DNA from: Tubiluchus corallicola
Taxonomy: Eukaryota; Animalia; Priapulida
Direction: 5' to 3'
DNA length: 64,000 nucleotides
Assembly (NCBI GenBank): GCA_030141605.1
Contig: JAQGDQ010000018.1
Coordinates: forward strand, 1,275,804 to 1,339,803
Shown here: positions 39,501-51,100 of the stretch, piece after piece
Layout of the letters: each line of letters opens with the position of its first letter
How positions within the stretch are numbered: the first letter of the stretch is position 1
Translations under genes and position numbers: made by a program
The notes under the pieces: generated by a model
Seen by the model: only the letters and a program-made list of their open reading frames with translations
Told to the model about the DNA's origin: nothing
Databases searched by the model: none

Positions 39501-42500
39501 GAATCTTTCATGAAAGCGATAATGCAAACCTTTCTTCATTAAGGATGATATTGCCATCAGGACCAACTTTGACTTGAGGAACAAGTATATTATCTTCTTC
39601 ATCTGGAGCAGGTGTACCTGGCCGTTTTTCTTCTCTGCTACAAAAAGCGAAAAAAACGATCATAGATGAAAAACTGCCTTTAAAAATTGTAAAGAAGGTG
39701 ACTACATTTTAAAATAAACGACAATATATACATTTTTGATATATTGTCATTTATTTGCTTATTAGTTGCAGAAAGTTACGCTATCGTTCATTTAACTTAA
39801 AATAACTTTTTTATTGCTCACTACTCACAACTAATGAGTTTGAGGGGTCGCAGGGAATATAGTAGAAATCAGAGCATAGAGCATTCGCCTAGCAATTCTG
39901 CATTATATTTAGAAGAAAAGTCACATTTTCGGACATTCCAACTCTCTGGATTTGATTGCGAGATTCCCAAATTTAATGATTACTCCATTTAGGTAAATGT
40001 AGAAAAACAGAAGCACTCCGGCCTACAAATGCAGTTATGATTTACATGCTGTTGTCACGTAACTGGCTCTGTTGTCTGATTTAATATATTATAGTAAAAA
40101 ACAGTATTAACATAGCTGTTAGACAAAACTGTTTTAACAGTCGTCATTTTACTGTAAAATTCACCAGCCCTAAGACGATACATGTATCAACAATATGATG
40201 ATTTAAAATGAAGATACTGACAAGTATAATTTCGCCACAGACAGTTTTAGACATAGATTATGAGTAACACTCTAATTTAAAGATTTAAAGCAATTTGCCT
40301 TTTCTGGGAACTTATGTACACATGCGAGAAATGGGAGGAGGGTTGCCCAAGTATCTTATAATGTAGGGAATACTCTTATAATAAATTAAAAAGTACTGAT
40401 TGAAAGGTACTTCTATTGCAAGATTTGTTACTAAACCAGGTATTCAAAATTGTTAGAAATCTCATTACATTAGTAATTTTTTGTATTGATAAGGGGAAGG
40501 GGTGTGTAACACACATGATTTCAAATTTAACCTTGAAGGCACATTAATGTTTCAATCAATCATCACTTGTTTTGCATTATATCTTAAATGGTATTGAAGC
40601 TCAGCCCATCAAACCTTGCACATGGTCAATGTTAGAAGTGGAAGGGTCCTATGATACATACGTTTAAGGTGACTGGAACAGCTGAATAATCTGAGAGTTT
40701 GATTAGTGACCAGAGTTAAGCAATGCCAAGCAGGTCAGTAAAAGGAAGGATGACACCTGGAAAAACTGCTGGCAATTTCACGTACCATACTGGTTATTGC
40801 ATTAAAGGAGAATGTGTACACGTTTGAATACAGCTAACATATCTCTGCTGCATCAATGTCTCATCTTAGAGGATTATCTTTGTCAACATATTCCAGTCCA
40901 GTCACAATAGCCCTGCGCTGAGGATGGCTTGTTGATTGGCAAATCACAAAAAAACAAAAACCTTGCAAGAAAGTAGGATTTTATAATGTACCCATCAAAC
41001 TTTTGCATTGTATTGTCAAAGCTGTTGAGACTTACATATCGTTATGTTCCCCAAATAAGACACACTATTTCTAGAAAAAAACAAAGCTGAAAACACACTT
41101 ATATGATGCTGAATGAAGAGACCTAATATAGGCCATAACCATTATTCCTACACTTATAACAGGCATATATACTAACCGGAATTGACAACACGAATCTTTC
41201 GTTTTACATAAAATGATCACACATGCAGTTTGAGATCCACAAGTTTGACTTTTAAATTGCATTTTATGCAGTCGCTGCTAATGACCAGTGCTGAATCGCC
41301 CATGCAAGGTTGTAACCTGATGCCCCAGCAGCTATCAAGTCACCATTGAAGTCTGCAGTGCAGTGTGTGTCATAACAAAACAATCCAAACAAAGTCATAC
41401 ATAATTGCATGTGGAGGAGTGTAAAGTAATTTGATAGTCGTTGTTTGGAGAATAACTATGTCAAAAAGCAAAAGAACCATTTTGAACCATCAAAAAGTAG
41501 AAATTTTGAATTTGAGTAATATCTTTAAATTACAATAAAGGTCTTAGGTCTAACTAAGGCTTAAAACTTTTTTTTAGTTTTGCACTGCAAATGGGGAGGG
41601 GAGCCAATCAAACCTTGCACTGAGGCACTAGTAGAGGGGAAAATGTCAATGGGTTACACTCGACTTGATTTCATGTTAATATATGGTTTTATCAACATGC
41701 CACCTCAAAGTGTATGGCGATTTGCTGATATATGGGATTCTTGTATTAGCAAAATTAACATTGCAGGAATAATTACAATAACTAATAGCAAATAACACTA
41801 TAGAACTTTACAAAACTGAAAGAAAAGTCTCATCCTAAGCTGGGTGTAAAGAGCAGGTCTACTATCAACCAATTTGTAAAACCTTTTTTGTCGTTGACCA
41901 TATGCATTGTGCAATGTCAAACTGTGCTAACTATGAGAAGAAGAATCCCTGTTTCCTTTACTTACGTTGGTGTTGAAACTGGGGTGACAACTTCTTCGCT
42001 TCTCACAGAATTTGTTCTTGATCTTCCACCTTGATCCCTAAAATTAGAACACATTTTCAAAAGATGATCCACAGTCTTAAGCAGGTCAAATTACAATTTG
42101 TAGTGTTTGGACCACGCAAGCAAAAATATGACAACAAAAAAGTGTAAATGCTAAGAAAACCATTATGTGTAAAGAAATCGAGGTTTTGTTTCCAATTTTG
42201 CCATTTTAGACATTGGATAAATAGAAATTTCACTTGATTTTATTTATTTTTTCTACACAACCACAGGCTGGTAGGAAGTTATCAAAATATTATTTTATGA
42301 TAACCTAAACATGAAATATTTTTGATCGCGAAATCCCGAATTTCGATCATTCATCTGTTACATATTATGATCTCTAAATAAGGAAAACACCAATCCCAAA
42401 TAATTAAACATCAGTTCCGAAAATCTTAAAACACCTCCTGGAATTGAGGTTTCCAAACCTATTAAAAAAAGAGTGTGGTGCCCCAAATTTTTGTGATTAC

Positions 42501-44837
42501 AATTTCAGGAATGGAAACCCTGGCTCTACTGCAATAAAGAAAATTATTTCCATATGGCATTACGCTATGCCTTACTTTTGGCAATTGTTTCTTGGATTGT
42601 AATAAATAAGATCCATCATTGTCATTTTGCTCTTGTCGGGCAGGTCTTTATTAAGCCATTTTTGTCTATGACGTTTTCTCTGTAACTTTTCTTTCTCCTG
42701 TGAAAAAAAAACTGTTTTTGAGATTCAAGCAAAGGCTAAACTACTATAAATAATGGCAATGAAAACTTTCTAGGGTTAATGAAATTTATGAATCATACAC
42801 TTTCAATTTCCATAATACTCGTTTTTCGTTCTCGTGCTGCTTGAAGAGGTCGGACATTTTGATGAATAGAAGAATTAACTCCAGAAGATTCAGAAGCACT
42901 AGTGTTTCCTATTGGTGTCACCACTGACTCCCTTGATGGTAGCTTTGGTGCACTAAAAATAATTCAAAAAATTATGCAGAAATTCAAAACAAAGTTATTA
43001 CTTCCTAAATAGCTACATAGAACACAATACTAGTGCCATTGGTTAAAATTTTTTACAGTGATATCGCATTTTCGCAAATTTCACTAAAGAACAGATCTTG
43101 CATCTAACCCCCAGGGTTCTTGTAGTACAATGTTTTAATACGTGACAACATACTTAAATTGTAAAACATAGTAATTCAGCTATGTTACTATAAGGGGTGA
43201 GAATTTCAAATAATTTATTACTGGAATATTCCAGGAAAAATTATTTGAATAATTGAATATTCGACCAAGGATATTTTTCTTCTTTATTGTGGTAACAGTA
43301 CAATAACACTTCTCTGGCCATACGTGGAAAGTGATTATCAAAAAATACAACGCAGCAGTTTGGCTGAATCACCGTGTATGTTAACTATGAAGCTATATGA
43401 TAAATCTATGCACATCCAAGCTCTTGTTGAGGCTGAACTACATTAATTGTTCAGCCATTCCTGGTGAACTGGAAAGATAAATTTATGTACACCAACGCTC
43501 TTGCCAGGACTGCACTATAAACTTGAAAGTGCATGTAAATCATTTTCCATAGAACCTGTTCATTTTTGCTAACTTAATTTGTTTTTGGATAATGAACGAA
43601 TGAATGACTGAATGAACTTTTTTAAAATGTTCTCATACCAAGCTTGAAACTTTTTGATGCCATAAGGATGACTAAGTATACGCAGTATACCATTATAAGC
43701 CTACCTGATTTAGCAGTAAATTACACACAGCAGTGAGCTGTGAGTGAACTGATATTGCAGCAAAAGATAGCAAAGTGATTGTATAAGGATAATGATGTTG
43801 GCTTAGTGTCAAAATATTTTGCCTGCATAAGTGAATGGGTGGCATTCAGCGTCAATACAGTAGATAAAGTGTACATAGGCTAATCGAATAGTATTTCATT
43901 ACTTGAAAAGTAAAAACACATTCGAAGCTTCGAATAGTCGATTAGTAGTGCACATCACTTGTTACTATATGCCTTTATTATCAACTTCTGCATTTTGCTC
44001 ACCGATGAGAGTCATTTGAGTATTTACCTAGCCACAATAAGTACCTGCATAAGTTTAAAAGGATAACTTAAATAGGAAACTATGTAAGGTGAACAAGTCT
44101 AAATTAACGTCAATAATTGTCAAAGAAATCTTCAGCTCTCGTTTATAGAAAAATAATGCATATGAAATGATGTAAAACCTTAAAGCCGTTCTCTGAACTG
44201 CAGGTGGTTGCTTTTGGAAATGTTCTTCAACCTCTGACTCGTACTCACTGCAGCTGGCAGACAGGTGACGTTTGCGAGCTCTGACAGCTTCTACTATGTT
44301 TGGTCGAAATTTGTGTCTTGGTCGCACCAATGGTCTTGCTTCAGTTTTCACAGATTCAGGATGGGTAAAAGTTGTAGTATTATGAGTGGATGCTTTAGCA
44401 CTTCCTGCTAATTCATCTGTTGGCGACAGTGTACTATGTGTGACCAGTGAGCTGTAAAATGGAGGTGGTATTACTGCTTGAGGAGTAGTCTTTCGCAAAG
44501 CTGACATCTGAGCATCAGTACTACCCGAGGCAGGCAAGGCACGCAAGTGATGAGCTTCAACAGTTTCTGATGGTGAAACATGTAACACAGTTTTCTTAGC
44601 AAAGCTGTCACTGCTCTTTTCTTGCAATGTTGTCTGTTTACCCGTATCTGTTGCCGCTATTATTTCTGTGCCCCTGTCAGTTTCATTTCTCTGGTCCCCA
44701 TTTGTTTGAGAAGCATTATTAGTTTCCGATTCTGCTTCAGTGACAACTGTAGTTTTGCGGACAGCAGCAGCAGAGGATCTGTTAAGCTTTGGACCAAGAT
44801 TCGGGCGAACATTAATCCGAGATCTTCTCGTTGCCAT
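33559..44837 (-). CDS. BDP1: Transcription factor TFIIIB component B'' (BDP1), about 915 aa, 12 coding exons
   Basis: Minus-strand exons: 44837-44179, 42952-42799, 42697-42576, 42037-41966, 39637-39530, 39216-39083, 38965-38871, 38079-38025, 37783-37622, 36944-36217, 34163-33911, 33764-33559 (TAA). Total 2748 nt with all phases consistent. Motifs: N-terminal RRSRINVRPN, PDKSKMTMMDLIYYNP, LVPQVKVGPDGNIILNEESL, and the SANT domain WTAKETAKFYKALSTVGTDFSMMGSLFPHRKRVELKNKFKKEERVNKALVDKA. Confidence 0.93.
38310..38430 (-). mobile_element. Short LINE ORF2 C-terminal remnant in a BDP1 intron
   Basis: The minus strand reads RINSCRTDMAKHFIDSTGPRLWNTS, resembling the RT...F...GPxLWN motif of CR1/L2/Crack-type LINEs. 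Confidence 0.5.
40701..40773 (+). mobile_element. 5S rRNA-like segment (probable SINE3-type or pseudogene remnant) in a BDP1 intron
   Basis: GAGTTAAGCAATGCCAAGCAGGTCAGTAAAAGGAAGGATGACACCTGGAAAAAC aligns by eye with the 5S internal control region (AAGCTAAGCAG...GGTTAGTACTTGGATGGGAGACCGCCTGGGAATAC). It is too divergent and partial to be a functional 5S gene. Confidence 0.5.
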
Positions 44838-45229
44838 GCTGTTCCTTATAAAACTAACAAAAAACAGATAATAATTTATTTACAACAGTCTTAATGCTAG
44901 AAAAATCTGCTATTATCGTAAAATCACTAGTAGTATGTTAATTACTGACAAGGACTTTACAGCACTTGCTGCTTTTGTTAAAGCGCTGTGTGGCTTTTAA
45001 ACCGATACCCCGACTAGTTCAAGTAGTTGCTTTGATACAAGGTTGTTGTTGCCGTTACGAAAATTAAATTACTTTCTGATTACTAAAACGTACTCGAAAA
45101 TTAGACCTAAATCACAACAATATAGACGAATAAGAGATTGTTGTTGCCAGTTACTATTTTTACAATATGGGAAATCTTTAATACGTGCGTCCAGTTATCG
45201 ACCTTCTATTCAAAGGCACGTCATATTGT

Positions 45230-45990
45230 CGCGGCAGTTTCGTGAATTCATACGGTACACTGACTGAGGACAAAGTTATACCATTGAAAGACCTAGAAGA
45301 TCACAATTACACCATTCTTGATCCTGAGTTAATACCGAATGAACACAGTTACAGCATACTACAAAGTAAGTTAACTACTATATCTATGCAGTATGCTGAT
45401 GATGTGGCATGGATTACAAGAAACAAAGTAGTAGATGAAATAAAAAAACTCAATAGAGGAGAAACTCAACAGAATGGATCTCGTTGTAAACAGAAATAAA
45501 ACTGAAGAATTTCACATAACACGCCATGGTGATGAATCATGGCAAAGATGCAAGTATCTCGGTAGTCTGCTGGCAACAGAAGACGACATATCAAGACGGA
45601 AGATAATGAGTGGCATTATCACCTTACTCAAATCTTTTTGAGATTAGGAAGATTTCTTTTGAAACAGAAATTAGAACATTCTTAGTTGGAACTGTGTTTC
45701 TGTACAACTCTGAGCTCTGGACATTAAAAGCAAATCATAAAGCTAAAATTGATGCATTTCAAAGACGAAATTACAGAAACATTTGGGGTATCAGATGGCC
45801 AAAGAAAATCTCAAATAAAGATCTATATGAAAAAATAAAAGAAGAACCTTGAACAAGAAAAAAAAAGATGCCAAATTTAAGATGGATTGGGCATATGCTT
45901 AGACTACCTGATGATAATCCAGTGAACATAGCTCTTCAACAAGCCGTAGAACCAGCTAAAAACCTGCAGGAGGACAAATGCTAACATGTT
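45230..45990 (+). mobile_element. 5'-truncated, frameshifted non-LTR retrotransposon (RTE-like LINE) reverse transcriptase fragment
   Basis: Across frames: QYADD (RT catalytic motif), KTE, CKYLGS...DISRR, FLYNSELWTL...IDAFQRRNYRNIWGIRWPKKISNKDLY, LRWIGHMLRLPDDNPV. These are typical RTE-clade C-terminal motifs; stops and frameshifts are present. Confidence 0.88.
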
Positions 45991-46120
45991 GCAGCAAGTA
46001 GCGAGTCCTGGCATGGGGAGGTGAACAGAAACATGTCCCTGGATGTATGATTCATTGGATGACAATGATGGTGATACTCATAACGTGTGCATAGCAGTGC
46101 TTAGTTTTTTGCTCACTTAC

Positions 46121-46612
46121 TACCATGTTTACCTGTTTTGATGGCAGATTTCTTTTACTTTAGAATTCAGCCCGCCCAAAGCCTACAATTGACGTAACAG
46201 GCATATGATGAAATGATGATAGCTGTCTTCATCGGAATCCAAAGTTGAAATGAATATTTAGGAGATTACATGAAAACAAAGTTATAAGGGGTTGCAAGTG
46301 GGTTTTCCTTTCCCACTTTGTCAGGTAATTTCAGTTTTATACTACCATTTGGGTTTTACGTTAGTGATTTATTCTCTTTTTTCTTGTACTTGTGGTATCA
46401 GTTGTGATGCCAGAGCTACCAGTTATTAAGGCAAGCTGCAACGAACACTACGGGAACTTTAGCGCTTGTGTGAATTCCCTTCACTTCCTTGGTTTGTACC
46501 ACCTCAATGTGTATGTATCGTAGTACCCATGTGATACCTCACCATATGTGCACTGCCTTGCAGAGTGTATAGCCATGACATAGAAAGGCAGTGCTCTGCG
46601 ATAGGGTACAAG
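46121..46612. promoter_or_regulatory. Candidate shared divergent promoter and 5'-UTR exon region for BDP1 and FDPS
   Basis: Both start codons sit just downstream of acceptors (BDP1 at 44844, FDPS at about 47990), so upstream non-coding exons are implied. Outward-facing donors: minus GTAAGTGAG at 46120 and plus AAG|GTAAGG at 46613. GC box CCCGCCC at 46171 and CRE-like TGACGTAA at 46190. Confidence 0.35.
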
Positions 46613-48148
46613 GTAAGGCCCATGCTGTAAAATCAATGCTAGCCAGGATTGAAAAAAGGAGGTAGTACGCTGAAATGTCGAGTATGTGCGAATGGCCCAC
46701 ATAATAGTATGTAATTTCAAAGACGAAAATTGAAGAGTCCATTATCATGTAATGCAGAAGACTTAAAATCGAGTGGTTTTATAAGGTGTTACAGTAGCTG
46801 CACTATGAATTCTATGAACTTTGTGATTATTATGTGCTTGCAGTAGTACAGTAATATAATTAGTGCTGTTGCAATAAATGCATATTTGTGTTACATGAAC
46901 CATTATCTCAGGAAAGCAGAAGATCCTCCGCCAAGATCTATTAAACGTTCTTTAATAATTTTTGAACATTCTGAATGAGCTAAAGCATAACCTTTTCACT
47001 TAGTGTACCATTGGTGATAGTGTGAAGGGTTTTCTTTTATAGCTAATGGATTCATAGCTTTGTTTTTACTATTTTTGCATGGTATGTTCTCTGTATTTTC
47101 TCGTAACTTTAAGTGAGAGACTCATTTTGTATAGCAGGTAGTGCAAAATAAATATGCGGACATTTGGTCACAACATTATAAGAAAATAATGACCGAATTG
47201 CTCGAAAATTGCCACACTAATGTTACAGATGCTTATATATAGATGCCAAAAATTTTGGGTAATTCTGTTAGATTTTTCAAAAGAGAGAGAAAAGATTTAA
47301 AACAACAAGTCAATAAATTTTGTGTGTAGCTATTGTTAGAATTTACAGCAAATGTTACATGTCACCACCATTTACAATGCAAACTGGATGAAGACCTTTC
47401 CTCCAATAGCAGACACAGCTTCATACTTGAAGGGGCATTTGGTCCCCGTACCCCAGAACTCAACAATTTTTACCTTTAGTTCTTCTGCATCAAACGGCTC
47501 TGTGCAACTTTCCTACACTTTCACTTTAGGGGAATTCCAGCCTGGCACTGCAGTCAAGAGGATGAAGTCCCACTTTTTATTCATAACAAATTTTTATATA
47601 AGTACTTTATCTTTTGTAGTGGAAACCATGATGTAAACTGGTTCATTTGATTTTATTGTTTAAGTATTAAGTGCTTTATATCTCGACATTGCTGTTTTCA
47701 ATTAATGATTATGCTAACATTGTTCCACTATTTAAATTTTCAAATTGTAAAACCTTTTTGGCCATAACCTAAAAGCTACTAAAGCTGTAAACTTTTTTTA
47801 ATTTACTGTCAAAAATTAATGTATAGTAATATCATGCTTAATTTCTTGTAGTTTAGACTTCAGCACATGTCTGTACCACCAAATGCATAACTCATATGAT
47901 ATATACAATTAAATTTATATTTGTTATAAACTATTTTAATGTAAAACAACTATTCTTTAATCACAAGGGTTTCTTTTTTTTGCTTTTAGATTCTTGATTC
48001 CAGTGCTGCAGCTTCATATCAAGATGGACACTGTCATGGTAGAGATTGTCAATAAGTTTCCTTAGTTAGCTATGCTTTATTTCCTAAGTGCATGATTCGT
48101 TTTCTTTTTTTCCATCGCTGGGTAAGATCTTTCACAAAATCCTTTGCA

Positions 48149-51100
48149 ATGGAATCTTGTAGTCCATTGAAAAAGCGACAGAAGACTAAGTCTGATGACA
48201 TGAAGAAGTTTGATGCTGTTTTCGCACAAATTGTGAAAGACTTGACCGAAAATTCTTCAGCTGAACTGAAAGATGCTGCAAAATGGTTTGAAAAAGTAAG
48301 TACATTTCTTTTGCGTTTATAAGTTGCTGATATAAAAATGTTTAAATTTGCCATTTATTATGTTTGTGCTTGCTATTTATGGCATATCTAATTGCTTTTG
48401 CAAATTTTGCGACAGCATACTTGTTAGTCTGTTAATTTTGTAAACAGATAAGCATAAGTACATTTCATTAATCTATAGCAATTTAAAATGTATCAGTTAA
48501 TGTCTCTAGGCAGTGTCAGAGTTATTTAATTATTTTTCTAATGCACTGCAGCCTTTTTAATTGTATTAAATTTTATGGTTTGCCCTTGAATTTTTATTTA
48601 CATAGAACTTTGCTGTATTTTCAAATTCATGTTTGAGACTTAGTAAATCATTTCAGGCTTTAAAATACAATGTTCCACATGGTAAGAGGAACAGAGGAAT
48701 GGCAGTTCTTCAGTCATATAGGTAAGGTGTATAATTGTAAAATTGATTATTATAGTTACTGTGCACTGTTTTGCAGCATATGTAGCACCTGTTAAGTTTG
48801 TCCTCATTTTGCACCTATTTTAATGGCTTGCCTTGTGAAAAATTTGTGATTGATTTCATTCTTCACATTTGGGTGGTAACACTGCACACAGAAAAGTTTT
48901 TAAGATATGCTCTTTAAAATAATTGGAAAACATTTTTTTCTACTTCATACATAATTTAGCAAATGAGAGAAAGAAAAGCTTGTTGGCATAGCACGGCAGT
49001 TTAATGTTCATTCATTCAACTCTCATTTCGTGGAGCTGCACATATTTTTGGAGAAAAATCAAATTTGATATTGCCTTTTTGGTTCATCACAAGAAACGTC
49101 ACAGAGAATTAGCAAAAGTAAAACGCTGCAACAGGATCATCTTGTCAAGTTGTTTTAGGCATGAGTCTCTCTAGAGTTTGGTGATTCTATAATTTTTTCT
49201 GGGCATTTCCATCTTGTTGTGAGGCTTTGCAAACTAGAGTTCTAGATTTCATATGTGATGTAGTAATTTGCTAGGATTAATCGATACCGCATAGTTTGGG
49301 ACTGCAGGAAAATTGCCATTAAGCAAGTTCAGCATTATAATGACGTTTGACTGTATGTGAAAAAGTCTGAGTGCAAAAATTCATGTGTGAGAAAAACTGG
49401 ATCAAGTAGCTAGAACTTACCACCTCTCAATGTTTTATGTTACATTTTTCATTAGTAAATAATAATTGCAGATATCTCGTTCCCGAAGAAACTGCAAATC
49501 TAAATGAGACGAATGCAATAATATTAGGTTGGTGTGTCGAATTAGTAAGTATTACCACATGCTTTACTAACAGAAATAATCAGCAAAGTGGCATTAATAT
49601 AAAATATTTAAAACTTTTATGTTTGAAGGAGTGCATTTGCTAGCTGTGGTTTGTCACTTTTCTATACACAGTGAAATATATGTGTAATTGTTTGTTATTC
49701 GGTGTCCTAACAATTATATTTATGGTAGTCTGTGTACGATTATTTATTTATGTGTTTTAGCTTCAGGCAGATTTCCTAATTGCAGACGATATTATGGATG
49801 AATCGTTAACACGTCGCGGAAGACCTTGTTGGTATAAGCAGGTAAGCAACATGTCATATCTTTTAAGGCGATTTTGCAATAGAGCATGTTCACCGAGTTT
49901 AGGTTCACTGTTCCAGGTTTTACTTTGCTGAATAGTAAATATGTAAAAATAAATTCTAAAAAGTCCTATGTATACATTTGTAGCCTGTTAAGTAAATAAT
50001 TAATTTCTTTTGTAAGAAGCTTTACTTACTTACATTAATACATTTACTCTTTATCTATCTATTTAATTGGCTTACGAAAAACGATGAATAATTTTTCAAT
50101 TTTTTTCTGTTTGCCTTAGGAAGATGTAGGGATGATGGCTATTAATGACAGTCTGTACGTAGAATCTTGTATATATTTTTTACTACAGAAATATTTCCGA
50201 AAAAAAGCTTGTTACCTACACATTGTTGAACTCTTCCATGAGGTCAGTTCCTTTTCTTTATATATTAACGAACAATTTATTTGATTTGAACTGCAAGCAT
50301 ATAATCTTTTATTTCTTTTGCTCTAGGTTTTTTGTTTTTTCTATTGTATTCACAACTTATTTTTTATGTCATTTATGTTTTTTGTTTTTAAGAGAGTTGT
50401 TACGGTTTTCTAAATATTTGTTTGTTCTCTTGCAGGCCAATTAAGTAACTGCAAAAACTTTCACGAAATGCAACTTTTAGTGTAATAAATAGACGTATAT
50501 TGTCTTAATGATATTACCTGTGATATTACTACATTGAAGACAAACTCATTCACTGACAATGGCTGATGTGATTTTCACATGGAAACATGTATTGCCTGTC
50601 AGCTTTGCATCATTGCAGATGCTTGTATTTTTTGGAGTGTTGCAAAGTACTTAAACTTATTAATAAATTATTAATTGTTTTGACTAATACTTTCAAAATA
50701 ATTGTTGTAACAAGCTCTATAAATTCTCAAATACTACAGACAGTACTTCATAACAAGTATTGTCATTCTCAAAAGATCAAAAGTCACAAAGTTCAACTTG
50801 CTCAAAAATTCTAAAATGTAATAAATGTGTGTAAAGGTGTGTTAGTTTAGAATTACGCAGTTTTTAATTGCATTGTAATTTGGTATGACGTAGATGAATT
50901 AATAATTTTTAACTTGAGTGAATGGGATAAACTTTGCTGTGCTAATAAGCTGTATGGACGAATAAGTGAATTTATTGCTATGAAACTTTTTAGATTAATA
51001 TGAAGACAATCCATGGCCAGTGCTTAGATATGCTAACTGAAAAGCAAGATGTGACGCAATTTACCGTGGAACGGTATTCAGCTATAGTAAAATACAAAAC

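Noticed and set aside
43190-43960. Possible hAT-like MITE with CGAATA-rich subterminal repeats
   Set aside because: Termini are too degenerate and no target-site duplication was identified.
48070-48354. Minus-strand 94-aa ORF (similarly 52654-52956 and 53789-53971)
   Set aside because: Antisense shadows of FDPS exons.
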